From NCBI GenBank assembly GCA_963693055.1, contig OY843751.1, positions 3,840,001-3,904,000 of the forward strand: a stretch of DNA of 64,000 nt, given 5' to 3'. Position 1 is the stretch's first letter. Each line of letters opens with the position of its first letter. The notes under the pieces were generated by a model. That model was given only the letters and a program-made list of their open reading frames with translations. It ran no database searches and had not been told where the DNA came from. Source of the stretch: a bacterium (GTDB lineage Bacteria; Zhuqueibacterota; Zhuqueibacteria; Residuimicrobiales; Krinioviventaceae). Below are positions 1 to 9,715 of this stretch, one piece after another. A program made the position numbers and the translations under genes.

Positions 1-68
1 ACGAATATATCTGGGGATCGGACTCGCCAGGGCACCGGATATATATTGAAATGGGTTACCGGTTCTAG
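1..68 (+). CDS. 3' end of upstream gene, probable outer-membrane beta-barrel protein (partial)
   Basis: Frame from nt 3 reads EYIWGSDSPGHRIYIEMGYRF-stop(TAG 66-68); terminal alternating hydrophobic strand ending YxF is a typical beta-signal. Confidence 0.5.
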   Translation, partial: EYIWGSDSPGHRIYIEMGYRF

Positions 69-102
69 TTTTTTACGTAGATTATTAATCAGGATGCACA
101 CT

Positions 103-1422
103 ATGGAATCACTTTTTATATGGATAGCAGCAATACTTTTAATGGGGTTTGTCTTTATCCCTTATTTTATAAAATTCCGTAAGCAACAAAAAGCGGACTT
201 TGACAGGCACCAGGAAGCGGTTTCTTTGGGAGCAGATAAACCCATAGCGCAATTCCCGCAAATTGATCTCATGCGATGCTTTGGATGCGGTTCTTGTGTA
301 AGAGCATGCCCCGAAGGTGATGTGTTGGGCGTTGTTATGGGTAAATCCACTGTAATTAACGGATTGAAATGCGTGGGGCACGCGCGTTGCGCCGAAGCGT
401 GCCCGGTCAATGCCATAACCGTAGGTTTGGGAGATATCAAACAGCGGGACGATATACCGGTGATGGATGAGTACAATGAAACATCCATTCCGGGGATTTT
501 TATTGCCGGCGAACTGGGTGGATTGGCACTGATTAAAAACGCAATAGGCCAAGGTAAAAAAGTAGTCGACCGGATCGCTGCATCCATTTCAAAACGTGAT
601 GATCTTTATGATGTAATCATTATCGGTGCGGGCCCGGCAGGCATCAGCGCCGCGCTAACAGCCATTCAGCACAAACTCTCGTATCTGGTCCTTGACCAGC
701 AGGGATTTGGCGGTACCATTTTACAATATCCCCGCAAAAAAGTGGTCATGACCCATCCCGTAGAAATACCACTTTACGGCTGGTTAAATAACAGTGAATA
801 TACCAAGGAAGAACTGCTTGCAATCTGGGATGACATTCATCAGCAGCACCATTTAAATATAAAAATTGGTGAAAAACTGGAAAAAGTAACAAAACAAGAC
901 GATTTATTGAGTATCAAAACACAAAACAGCCTCTATAAAAGCCAAAGTTTAATATTGGCACTGGGACGCCGTGGCACTCCCAGAAAACTGGGTGTCCCCG
1001 GAGAAGAGTTGTCCAAAGTCATGTACAAACTGGTTGATGCCGAAAGCTTTCAAAACAATCACATTTTGGTTGTGGGTGGTGGTGACAGTGCGATTGAGGC
1101 TGCTGTAGGCCTTGCCATGCAGCCCGGCAATACCGTAACAATTTCTTATCGCAAATCTAAATTTTTCCGATTAAAAAAGAAAAACCAATACAATATTGAT
1201 GAGCTCGTTAATGACGGCAAAGTTAATATAATCTTTGATTCAAATGTAAAAGAAATTAATACAGATTCTGTACTCTTGCAAACGGATAAAGAAACGATGA
1301 AGCTTCCCAATGATTATATATTAATATTTGCCGGCGGCGAACCACCGTTCAAGCTGTTAAAAGATATGGGCATCACCTTTGGCGGCAGCGAAAAGACAGA
1401 GGTTTTGCAAGAGATTTCGTAA
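103..1422 (+). CDS. Membrane-anchored 4Fe-4S dicluster / FAD-NAD(P)H oxidoreductase (thioredoxin-reductase-like fold)
   Basis: N-terminal TM helix, CxxCxxCxxxCP and CxxHxxCxxxCP, IIIGAGPAG FAD motif, VVGGGDSA NAD(P) motif; ATG 103 preferred over the ORF-track start at 46. Confidence 0.85.
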   Translation: MESLFIWIAAILLMGFVFIPYFIKFRKQQKADFDRHQEAVSLGADKPIAQFPQIDLMRCFGCGSCVRACPEGDVLGVVMGKSTVINGLKCVGHARCAEACPVNAITVGLGDIKQRDDIPVMDEYNETSIPGIFIAGELGGLALIKNAIGQGKKVVDRIAASISKRDDLYDVIIIGAGPAGISAALTAIQHKLSYLVLDQQGFGGTILQYPRKKVVMTHPVEIPLYGWLNNSEYTKEELLAIWDDIHQQHHLNIKIGEKLEKVTKQDDLLSIKTQNSLYKSQSLILALGRRGTPRKLGVPGEELSKVMYKLVDAESFQNNHILVVGGGDSAIEAAVGLAMQPGNTVTISYRKSKFFRLKKKNQYNIDELVNDGKVNIIFDSNVKEINTDSVLLQTDKETMKLPNDYILIFAGGEPPFKLLKDMGITFGGSEKTEVLQEIS

Positions 1423-2099
1423 ATGGAAAAAGTGAATTCAATATTATATCTTTGGGCTATTTGATAACCGTGCTTTTAGCTGACTCCCGGCCACTGATAA
1501 CTGATAACTTGAACCGGCCCTTTTGACACGCCAGTCCATCTTCCGGCCGCCAGGCTCCCCTACTCCATTCCTAACCACAAAAATAACAATAAAGCTTGGT
1601 AGCTTTTTTTATTTATCGTCCTATAGCATAGTTAGCTATCTGAATTGTAGCGATTATCCTGAAAAGCATTTATTTTTTCACTCTCTGGATATATTTTATT
1701 TTATACTTTGATTTTTACGAGTGTTGTTTACACAATGCCACAAAAGAGATAAAAAAAGGACACTATCTCGATAGAAATCCAATTCTACAATGTTCCTAAA
1801 ATTATTATTGATATAGTATTAAAACAGGGTTCTTTGACTATATTTGGTTTTTCGATGAAGTGCCGGAGCTTTGAGTGCAAAATTTTAGTATATCCATTAT
1901 CAAAACACATAGAGAATAGATATTGAATGGTGCTTATTCTGAAATTATCACTTTTTTATTCAGGAATAAAAAGTGTTATAAATAAAACCCGGTGTCTTAA
2001 CAATACATATTAGCTTTTTTTATACTCTCAAATTGTATAAATAAGTATATATTTAGTCAAAAGTGCAGATAATCGTATATAGGATCAAATATTTGAAAA

Positions 2100-2336
2100 T
2101 TAAAGAGATGCAGCTTTGGAATAAAATGTTACATTTCGAATATATTTGATCTCAATAGGAATATCCTGATAGTATTCATCAATCTGCGGATCTTTTTGAT
2201 ATGACGGATCCACATATACAACCAGAATAGGTTTACCAGCCTCGTTCCGGGATATACTTATCCCCTTGAAAAAACTATATTTTTCTAATTTATCTCTCAA
2301 GTGAACTTTGGCGGTGTTAATTTTAGTCATTTTCAT
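2100..2336 (-). CDS. Small hypothetical protein resembling the N-terminal domain of the adjacent protease
   Basis: Start overlaps the protease stop; IEIKYIRNV resembles VNIKILRNI of the protease N-domain. Confidence 0.65.
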   Translation of the reverse strand: MKMTKINTAKVHLRDKLEKYSFFKGISISRNEAGKPILVVYVDPSYQKDPQIDEYYQDIPIEIKYIRNVTFYSKAASL

Positions 2337-3438
2337 ACCATTTATAGGTTATGTTCGGATCATTTATTACGTTCTTTAATGTGTAACATAAACTTATTGG
2401 TTTATATTCACTTCCTTCAAAACCGGCTGTTTCTGCACCTGCAAATACTATACCGATAGCATAAAATTCACTATTATTTCGGTAAAAAACCAGACTACCA
2501 GAATCTCCAGCTTTGGAAAACGGTTCGTCAACTTTAATAGAATATACTTCAAAAATATCATTAAAGGAAAAGGTTTTTGTTTTATCATTTATATTATCCA
2601 TTTCAATTTTAATACCATCCATTGATGCTGATTTAACAGCCCCACGTGAATGACCAGTAGTTCTACCAAACTTTTCTACTTCTGTACCAATAACTACTGC
2701 TTCAGTATTGGGAGGATGGATATATTGCCCCTTAAAATCACCTTCAGGTATAACATTTCCTTTTATACGTATCTTACTTTTAAGCTTAGCAAAAGCTGCA
2801 TCATATTGCTTTGCATTTTCAGTACTCAAATGGTAATATTTTTCCAGATACCCAATAATATTATCCGAAGTACAACTGCTGTCAACACTGCCGGGATGAA
2901 ATATAGGATCACCTTCTTCTGCCGTATTGCACAATGCGAGAACGTGATTACAACTCAGTATCAATTTATTCTGGTTGTCAGGATCTATAAAAAAAGCGCC
3001 TAAAGTTCCGCTTCCGCCGTTACTATGCCCTATAGACAGTCCTATGGATAACGTCTTATTTTTCGTGCAAAACGGAGGATACCCGGTAAAGTTGTAATTT
3101 GATTGGCTTTTTGCAAGTTTCTCACATTCAGCAGGGCTGTCTGGTATTTTAATATTTCTTAATATTTTGATATTTACATCATCTTTTAATGTATCACGAA
3201 TTCTACAAGCCAATTCTGCTGCTTTACCGTTTTTTGATTTAACGCGTAATTCAAGCGAATAGTTTCCTGCTTTCTTTTTGGCATAGCCTACAGCTAACAT
3301 CCTTTGTGTAGAGTCTCTATAATCTTTAAAAAAATTTTGAAATTTTGGTTCAAGCTGTTTTACCTGATGAATTCCATTTAAATTTTTAATAATTTCTGAT
3401 TTAAGCAGTCTTACTTTTTCCAGTTCCAACCTTGCCAA
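2323..3438 (-). CDS. Cytoplasmic trypsin-like (S1/Nal1-type) serine protease
   Basis: GTLGAF, LSCNHVL (His), YDAAFA (Asp), GDSGS (Ser); no signal peptide; TTG start directly after AGGAAGG. Confidence 0.85.
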   Translation of the reverse strand: MARLELEKVRLLKSEIIKNLNGIHQVKQLEPKFQNFFKDYRDSTQRMLAVGYAKKKAGNYSLELRVKSKNGKAAELACRIRDTLKDDVNIKILRNIKIPDSPAECEKLAKSQSNYNFTGYPPFCTKNKTLSIGLSIGHSNGGSGTLGAFFIDPDNQNKLILSCNHVLALCNTAEEGDPIFHPGSVDSSCTSDNIIGYLEKYYHLSTENAKQYDAAFAKLKSKIRIKGNVIPEGDFKGQYIHPPNTEAVVIGTEVEKFGRTTGHSRGAVKSASMDGIKIEMDNINDKTKTFSFNDIFEVYSIKVDEPFSKAGDSGSLVFYRNNSEFYAIGIVFAGAETAGFEGSEYKPISLCYTLKNVINDPNITYKWYEND

Positions 3439-3910
3439 CCTTCCTGATTTTGTAGAATAATTGATTCAATAGCTCAAAAAATGTTGATATAATCAGAGCT
3501 ATAAAACTAAATAAAATCCGGTATTCATTGGATTCAAAAAAGGGGGCTCCATTTATTGCCAAACCCCATACTGCAAAAGCCAGGGTTGCAGCAAAAAGTT
3601 CCCACCAAGGGAAAACGGTACCCTCTGTTTTTTCAATTTTATACACAATAAGAACAAACAAAGGTGTACATGCTAAACAAAACCAATATATAATTGGCGC
3701 AAACAAAGGTATCTGACTCTTTAAGATGGGAATAAGAGACAAACCGGTTATATAAATTGTTATCGATTCAGTCGGTACATATTTTGTTAATGTGCCCAAA
3801 TCAATTTGGGGATTATTATTACTACCTGTTGTTGATTGAGCTCTATATCTGCTTGATGTTTTCTTACTACTTTCCCGCACCAAAGCGTATAAACTCATAA
3901 AACATCTCAT
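3401..3910 (-). CDS. Hypothetical ~4-TM membrane protein
   Basis: Polar N-terminal tail, then LTKYVPTE and four hydrophobic segments; overlaps the protease start; alternative start 3898. Confidence 0.75.
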   Translation of the reverse strand: MRCFMSLYALVRESSKKTSSRYRAQSTTGSNNNPQIDLGTLTKYVPTESITIYITGLSLIPILKSQIPLFAPIIYWFCLACTPLFVLIVYKIEKTEGTVFPWWELFAATLAFAVWGLAINGAPFFESNEYRILFSFIALIISTFFELLNQLFYKIRKVGKVGTGKSKTA

Positions 3911-4069
3911 TTTAATTGTTATTTGGAATAATTTATTAATATAACAATGAATTCAATAAAATCAAGATAATTGTGGTAAAAAATCTCAAAATAACTCAAT
4001 TTTGTTCTCATTATACACCCCAAACACAAAATGACAACCTTTTTTGCAAAACCTACTGGAAAATTCTCC

Positions 4070-6163
4070 TTATTTTAACAACAGACACTTTTGTGTTTTA
4101 TGAAAATTGTCTGCAGTCATTCTTATAAAATATATTCCGGAAGGATGTGCAGAAGCGCTCCACATTATATTATAAAATCCGGCAGGTGTCTCGCTATCAT
4201 AGATCGTTTCAACAAATTGTCCCTGGATATTATAAATTGTTATTTTTACGTCAGATAATTTTGGAACTGAAAAACGGATATGGGTCTCAGGATTGAATGG
4301 GTTCGGGTAATTGTTACCCAAAGCATATTCTGATGGAAAATTATCACTTTTCTCACTTACAGATACAATCACTTCAGGCAAAGGGCGTTTCCAAACCCCG
4401 CCATACTGAGTTCCAGCATAAAGAAATGTATCAGCTATTGTCAGAGATTGGACGCCTTGTCTAATAAATCCTGTACCGGTTGTAATATCCATCCAGGATT
4501 GCCCGAAATCCGTAGAAAGGAAAACACCTACAGGTGTTCCTGCAAAGAGATTTGTTCCTGATACTGCAAACGCATTAATATAATAGTCGGTTAATCCTTC
4601 ATTCACTTTGGTCCAGGTTTCACCCTTGTCATCAGAACGATATACACCCCCTCCATCATCCGTCCCGGCAAAAATATATGTTTTTAAAACTTTTAATGAT
4701 GTAATTTTTTTATCAAGTAAACCTGAATTCATTTCTAACCAGGTTTCTCCCTTGTCTGTTGTTAACAGTACCCCTCCTCCATCTGTACCCACAAAAAGAT
4801 GTGAATCCATAACAGCAAATGTGGTAACAAAATAATTTGTCATACCTGAACTTACGTTTTCCCAGGTATTACCATTATTCAAAGAAAGATGAACACCCGT
4901 GCCACTGGCTCCTGCAAATAGAATCGAATCCATGAATACTATGGATTGAATATCAGAAGACTTTAAACCTTTGTTCAAATTTTCCCATGTTGAACCATAA
5001 TTTGTTGATCGATAAATAAATCCCCCACTAGTCGCAGCAAACAGATTTGAATCCCTAACAACAAAGTCAGTAATTTTCATCCAATCCAGTCCTGTACTTG
5101 ATTCTTCCCAAAACGCTCCTTCATCGGAGGAGCGAAAGATGCCTCCGCCATCGGATCCGGCAAAAAGAAATGAATCAGTTGCAGTAAGGGCCTGCACGCT
5201 TGACATTTGCAAGCCCTGATTAACAGGTTGCCAGGAATTACCTTTATCAGTGGAAAGAAAAACACCTTTATTTTCAGTTCCGGCTAACAAATTGGTATCG
5301 ATAACAGCAAGTGCCTGAATTTTATCATACACTAATCCTGAATCCAGGGTTGTCCAGGAATCTCCATTATTCATCGACGACAAAATTTTCCCTCTGGCTG
5401 TACCGGCAAAAAGGGTAGAATCCATAATTACCATACACTCTACAGATGGTTTCATTGTCCCTGAATGCAATGCGTTCCAGGATGCACCATTGTCTGTGGA
5501 ACGAAAAACACCTTCCCATGTTCCTGCAAAAATTGTTGTATCAGAGATTGCAAAGCAACGTATATGATCAGCCCATATGCCATTGTTCGAATTTTCCCAG
5601 GAATTACCATTGTCCATTGACATAAAGATACCATTGCCGTGACTGCCAGCAAAAATAATAGTATCCAGAACTGCAATCGTATTAATCCGGGTATTGGTTA
5701 ATCCTGTATTCACCTCTTCCCAGGAATTCCCCTTATCCGTAGAACGAAAAATGCCCCCTCCATAGGTTCCTGCAAATAACATTGTATCATACACTGCAAG
5801 CGTACGAACATCGAGCTCAGTCAGTCCTGAGCTTGCAGGAATCCAGGATTCACCAAAATCCGGTAAAAAGTACACTCCATCACCATAGGTGCCTGCAAAA
5901 AGGAGGCTATCCATAAAAATAAGCGTATTCACAAACTGTATTTGATAATCAGGACTAGTCTTGCTCCAGGTTTTTGCGTTATTTGTAGACAGGAAAACAC
6001 CGTCACCATGAGTGCCGACAAAAATGTTTGTATCGGAAACAGCAAAGGCCATTACATCTCCACCAAAGGGTCCGTTTGTCTGCAGCCATTGAGAATAGCT
6101 GTTATTGATGAAAATTATAAAAAATGACAGAATGTAAAAAATTAAAATATATAATTTATGCAT
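4070..6163 (-). CDS. Secreted BNR/Asp-box beta-propeller protein with C-terminal FlgD-Ig/T9SS-type sorting domain
   Basis: Signal peptide, ~14 repeats of GxFxSxDxGxSW, C-terminal NNYPNPFNP...SGIYF...LLK. Confidence 0.85.
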   Translation of the reverse strand: MHKLYILIFYILSFFIIFINNSYSQWLQTNGPFGGDVMAFAVSDTNIFVGTHGDGVFLSTNNAKTWSKTSPDYQIQFVNTLIFMDSLLFAGTYGDGVYFLPDFGESWIPASSGLTELDVRTLAVYDTMLFAGTYGGGIFRSTDKGNSWEEVNTGLTNTRINTIAVLDTIIFAGSHGNGIFMSMDNGNSWENSNNGIWADHIRCFAISDTTIFAGTWEGVFRSTDNGASWNALHSGTMKPSVECMVIMDSTLFAGTARGKILSSMNNGDSWTTLDSGLVYDKIQALAVIDTNLLAGTENKGVFLSTDKGNSWQPVNQGLQMSSVQALTATDSFLFAGSDGGGIFRSSDEGAFWEESSTGLDWMKITDFVVRDSNLFAATSGGFIYRSTNYGSTWENLNKGLKSSDIQSIVFMDSILFAGASGTGVHLSLNNGNTWENVSSGMTNYFVTTFAVMDSHLFVGTDGGGVLLTTDKGETWLEMNSGLLDKKITSLKVLKTYIFAGTDDGGGVYRSDDKGETWTKVNEGLTDYYINAFAVSGTNLFAGTPVGVFLSTDFGQSWMDITTGTGFIRQGVQSLTIADTFLYAGTQYGGVWKRPLPEVIVSVSEKSDNFPSEYALGNNYPNPFNPETHIRFSVPKLSDVKITIYNIQGQFVETIYDSETPAGFYNIMWSASAHPSGIYFIRMTADNFHKTQKCLLLK

Positions 6164-6318
6164 TAAAACACCCAACAAGTAAAAATTACTAAAACTTTTG
6201 TTGTATAATTACAACAAAAATATTCAAACCAGGTATTTCATATAATAAAAGATAAAAGGCAAGAGTTTGAATTCAAAGAATAATTATCAGGTTTAACCTG
6301 TGGATATGGGTGGGCATT

Positions 6319-6349
6319 AAACGCAAAAAGGCCCCGTTTCCGGCAGCCT
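6319..6349 (-). terminator. Orphan copy of the terminator hairpin found in the tRNA-Glu repeat array
   Basis: aaacgcaaaaaggcc-ccgtttcc-ggcagcct versus array aaacgcaaaaaggcc-gcctaactt-ggcagcct. Confidence 0.6.
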
Positions 6350-6728
6350 CAAGATCTCATGATGTTGAATTGTCGAACCTTTTTTATAAAGACTTTAAAC
6401 AACTACTTGATTTAACATGATTAAAGACAGAGATGTAACTAATCAGAAAAAAAAACGCTGAAAATGTTTTTCAATCAATATTTCATTAATCCAATTATTT
6501 TATCGATCAGTTCAAAAAAACTAGTATTTCTCCGGCCGAATACAAAAGCGCGAGTATTTTGGATTTCAAATTATATTCCGGAATTAATGTATATAATTTT
6601 TTGTATATTGATATATACCAAAGGGCTAAACACGAATTTTCACACTGGACGTCAATTTTGCATTGCAGGATTGTATTGCCGTTCGCGCCTGTTACCATTC
6701 ATGTTATATAGTTGAATCAAAAAATCTT

Positions 6729-7289
6729 ATGAAACTATACATTAAATACATGGTAAGCTTGCGATGCAAGATGATGGTAGAAGAAGAGTTGAAAAAACTT
6801 GGACTACATCACTCAAAAATTGAATTGGGTATGGTTGAAATTATAGAAAACCTATCTATAGAACAACGTGAGCAATTTAAAAAAAACTTGTCAAGATCAG
6901 GGCTTGAGCTGCTGGATGATAAAAAAAGTATCCTGATTGAAAAAATAAAAAATGTAATTATTGAAATGATTCATCATTCAAATGAATTACCCAAAATGAA
7001 TTATTCGGATTATATCAGTGAACAATTAGGCTATGATTATACTTATCTGGCAAACACATTTTCAGAGGTCAAGGGCATAACCATTCAGCAGTACATTATC
7101 AATCATAAAATCGAAAAGGTCAAAGAATTACTTTTATATGACGAGTTGAATCTTACGGAAATTTCCTATAAACTACATTATAGCAGTGTTGCCCATTTGT
7201 CCAATCAATTCAAAAAAGTAACGGGTCTATCTCCTTCCTTTTACAAACAATTGAAGCAAAAACGTAAGAAAAACCTGGAAAACATGTGA
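6729..7289 (+). CDS. AraC-family transcriptional regulator (short Bacteroidota-like type)
   Basis: C-terminal double HTH (LNLTEISYKLHYSSVAHLSNQFKKVTGLSPS); N-terminus MKLYIKYMVSLRC. Confidence 0.9.
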   Translation: MKLYIKYMVSLRCKMMVEEELKKLGLHHSKIELGMVEIIENLSIEQREQFKKNLSRSGLELLDDKKSILIEKIKNVIIEMIHHSNELPKMNYSDYISEQLGYDYTYLANTFSEVKGITIQQYIINHKIEKVKELLLYDELNLTEISYKLHYSSVAHLSNQFKKVTGLSPSFYKQLKQKRKKNLENM

Positions 7290-7291
7290 TA

Positions 7292-7321
7292 TATGTAACA
7301 TTTAGCCATTTTTATGTAACA
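7292..7321 (+). promoter_or_regulatory. Putative AraC-type operator, direct repeat TATGTAACA x2
   Basis: TATGTAACA at 7292-7300 and 7313-7321 (21-bp period), between the AraC gene and the downstream operon. Confidence 0.4.
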
Positions 7322-7574
7322 CAATAACGGTTTGACAAGCCTACATTCCTATACAAGTATTTCTTGTTTATCTCAACAAAATCAGATTGTTTGGAACCTC
7401 TCGTATTGTTATGTGTTCCTGTTTTTATTTCTTTTACAATAACAGCTAATCTTGGGTTTATTAATCAATCCATATACCTTATCGCAACCCAACCACATGA
7501 AGCTACAAGTAAATACTGCAAAATACGTATATTCAATTATGAATACTGGTATTAACCTAATCAAAAGGTAACCA

Positions 7575-8669
7575 ATGAAAACAAAAGCGATTGTTTATAG
7601 TGAAAATGAATTCGGCAAGCTGGATGGTAAAGTTGCTAATGGACTGGCCAGACAATCAGAAAAATATGATATTCTTGGTATAATCGATAGTTCCAAAGCA
7701 GGGCTTGATGCCGGAGAGTATCTTGATGGAATAAAGAACGGAATTCCAATCTTTAAAAGTATTAAAGATTCGATTAAAAAGCTGGGGTTTGTTCCCGAAT
7801 CTTTAATTTATGGCATTGCCCCTCTCTCAACATTGCTTGATGATGACCAGAGGAATATATTATTTGACGCTATGAAAACAGGCATGAACATTATAAGCGG
7901 ACTGCCTGAATACTTTACTGATGATGAAGAATTTATACAGAAAGCGCAAAAATATAATGTAAAAATAGTCGATGTCAGAAAACCCCCGGCACGTAAAGAC
8001 TTGCATTTATTCTCTGGACGTATTATTAATGTCAATGTACCGGTCATTACTGTATTGGGCACAGATTGTGCCGTTGGCAAGAGGACTACCGCACTCAAAA
8101 TTGTTGAAGCCTTGAGACAAAATGGCTTAAATGCCTCATTTGTAACAACAGGTCAAACCGGTTTGCTTCAGGGATCAAAGTTTGGTATAGCAGTAGATGT
8201 TTTAACAACTGGATACTCTACCGGAGAAGTAGAAAATGCAGTTGTCAATGCTTATGAACAAGAAAATCCGGATATAATTGTCGTCGAAGGCCAGGGCTCT
8301 CTGGGGCATCCGGCATTTACCTCTTCAGTTGCAATTATAAGGGGATCTATGCCAAATGCAATTATACTTCAGCATCCGCCTAAAAGAAAAAAACGGTGCG
8401 ATTTTTCCAGCTTTAATATGCCCACACTTGAAAGTGAGATTGAACTCTTGCAAGTATTTTCTAAATCAAAAGTCATTGCCATTACAATCAATCATGAAGA
8501 CATGACTGACAGTGAAGTGAGTAATAAAATTAAAGAATATGAATATAGATTTGAAATCCCTGCAACTGATGTTTTAAAATTCGGATGTGATAAAATTGTT
8601 GAACAGTTATTTAACACTTTTCCGGAATTACAGGAAAGCGCACCGCTGGTATGTCAACTCCAAGATTAG
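7575..8669 (+). CDS. DUF1611 family protein (DgcN-like N-acetyltransferase, P-loop fold)
   Basis: GKVANGL, GTDCAVGKRTT, TTGQTG, VVEGQGSLGHP motifs. Confidence 0.85.
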   Translation: MKTKAIVYSENEFGKLDGKVANGLARQSEKYDILGIIDSSKAGLDAGEYLDGIKNGIPIFKSIKDSIKKLGFVPESLIYGIAPLSTLLDDDQRNILFDAMKTGMNIISGLPEYFTDDEEFIQKAQKYNVKIVDVRKPPARKDLHLFSGRIINVNVPVITVLGTDCAVGKRTTALKIVEALRQNGLNASFVTTGQTGLLQGSKFGIAVDVLTTGYSTGEVENAVVNAYEQENPDIIVVEGQGSLGHPAFTSSVAIIRGSMPNAIILQHPPKRKKRCDFSSFNMPTLESEIELLQVFSKSKVIAITINHEDMTDSEVSNKIKEYEYRFEIPATDVLKFGCDKIVEQLFNTFPELQESAPLVCQLQD

Positions 8670-9715
8670 AAATAGATCTCAAAAAAATTACCCATAATGC
8701 AACATTGCTGAAAGAGTTGTATGGATCAAAAGGGGTTGATGTTATTGGGGTGACAAAAGCCATTTGTGGAGAACCTGTTATTGCTGATGCTTTACTACAA
8801 GCAGGTATAAACATCCTTGCTGATTCAAGGATAGACAATATCATAAAAATGCGCAATTCAGGAATAGATGCCAAGTTTATGCTTCTAAGGACGCCCTGCC
8901 TCAGTCAGTCCAAAAGTGTTGTAAAATTTGCGGACATTAGTCTGAATTCTGAACTCATTGTGATTCAAAAACTTTCACATTTTGCAATAGAATCTCAAAC
9001 CACGCATCAAATCATTTTAATGGTTGAACTTGGAGATTTAAGAGAAGGTATCATGCCAAAGGATTTAGATCGTACTGTTCAACAGGTATTAAAGCTTGAA
9101 GGCATTGAGCTTGTAGGTTTAGGGACAAATCTGGCCTGTTTTGGCGGCATTAAACCTGATAATGAAAAAATGGCAATGCTGTCATCTATTGCAATGGATG
9201 TTGAAAAAAAATTTAGCCTCATATTGGAATTCATTTCCGGTGGCAACTCGGCCAATTATAATTGGTTCATTTCAGCTACAAATGTAGGAAAAATTAACAA
9301 CCTGCGGCTTGGAGAATCAATTTATTTGGGATGTGAGACACTTGACAGGGAACCCATTTCCGGATTGTTTACTGACGCGTTTACCCTGGTAGTAGAAGTT
9401 ATTGAATCTAAAATAAAACCCTCTCTTCCCTATGGAAAAACGGGTCAGGATGCCTTTGGAAACACCCCTGAATTTCAAGACCAAGGTTCTATGAGGAGAG
9501 CTATATTGGGGATTGGTTTGCAGGATATTCCGGTTTCCGGATTAACTCCCAGAATGGATATTGATATCCTGGGAGCAAGCAGTGATCACATGATCATTAA
9601 CGCAAAAAACATAAAACTACAGGTGGGAGACGAATTGAAATTTAATTTAAATTATGGAGCTTTGCTTGCAGCAATGACTTCGTCATACGTATTTAAAGAG
9701 ATTAAAAGCATATGA
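8651..9715 (+). CDS. Alanine/ornithine racemase-family PLP enzyme (fold III, Orr/YhfX-like)
   Basis: GVTK PLP lysine, ADSRI, ELGDLREG, GTNLACFGG, SGGNS, RLGE, ASSDH. Confidence 0.85.
   Translation: MSTPRLEIDLKKITHNATLLKELYGSKGVDVIGVTKAICGEPVIADALLQAGINILADSRIDNIIKMRNSGIDAKFMLLRTPCLSQSKSVVKFADISLNSELIVIQKLSHFAIESQTTHQIILMVELGDLREGIMPKDLDRTVQQVLKLEGIELVGLGTNLACFGGIKPDNEKMAMLSSIAMDVEKKFSLILEFISGGNSANYNWFISATNVGKINNLRLGESIYLGCETLDREPISGLFTDAFTLVVEVIESKIKPSLPYGKTGQDAFGNTPEFQDQGSMRRAILGIGLQDIPVSGLTPRMDIDILGASSDHMIINAKNIKLQVGDELKFNLNYGALLAAMTSSYVFKEIKSI

Noticed and set aside
1523-1711. 62-aa ORF in the intergenic region
   Set aside because: No RBS or recognisable motif; low-complexity AT-rich DNA
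4370-6100. DNA-level repeats in the BNR protein as a possible repeat array or DGR target
   Set aside because: Explained by beta-propeller protein repeats; no reverse transcriptase or adenine-specific TR/VR pair seen
6464-6715. Short ORFs on both strands upstream of the AraC gene
   Set aside because: No motif or RBS support; likely promoter region
7364-7555. 63-aa ORF between AraC and DUF1611
   Set aside because: TTG start without clear RBS, no recognisable family
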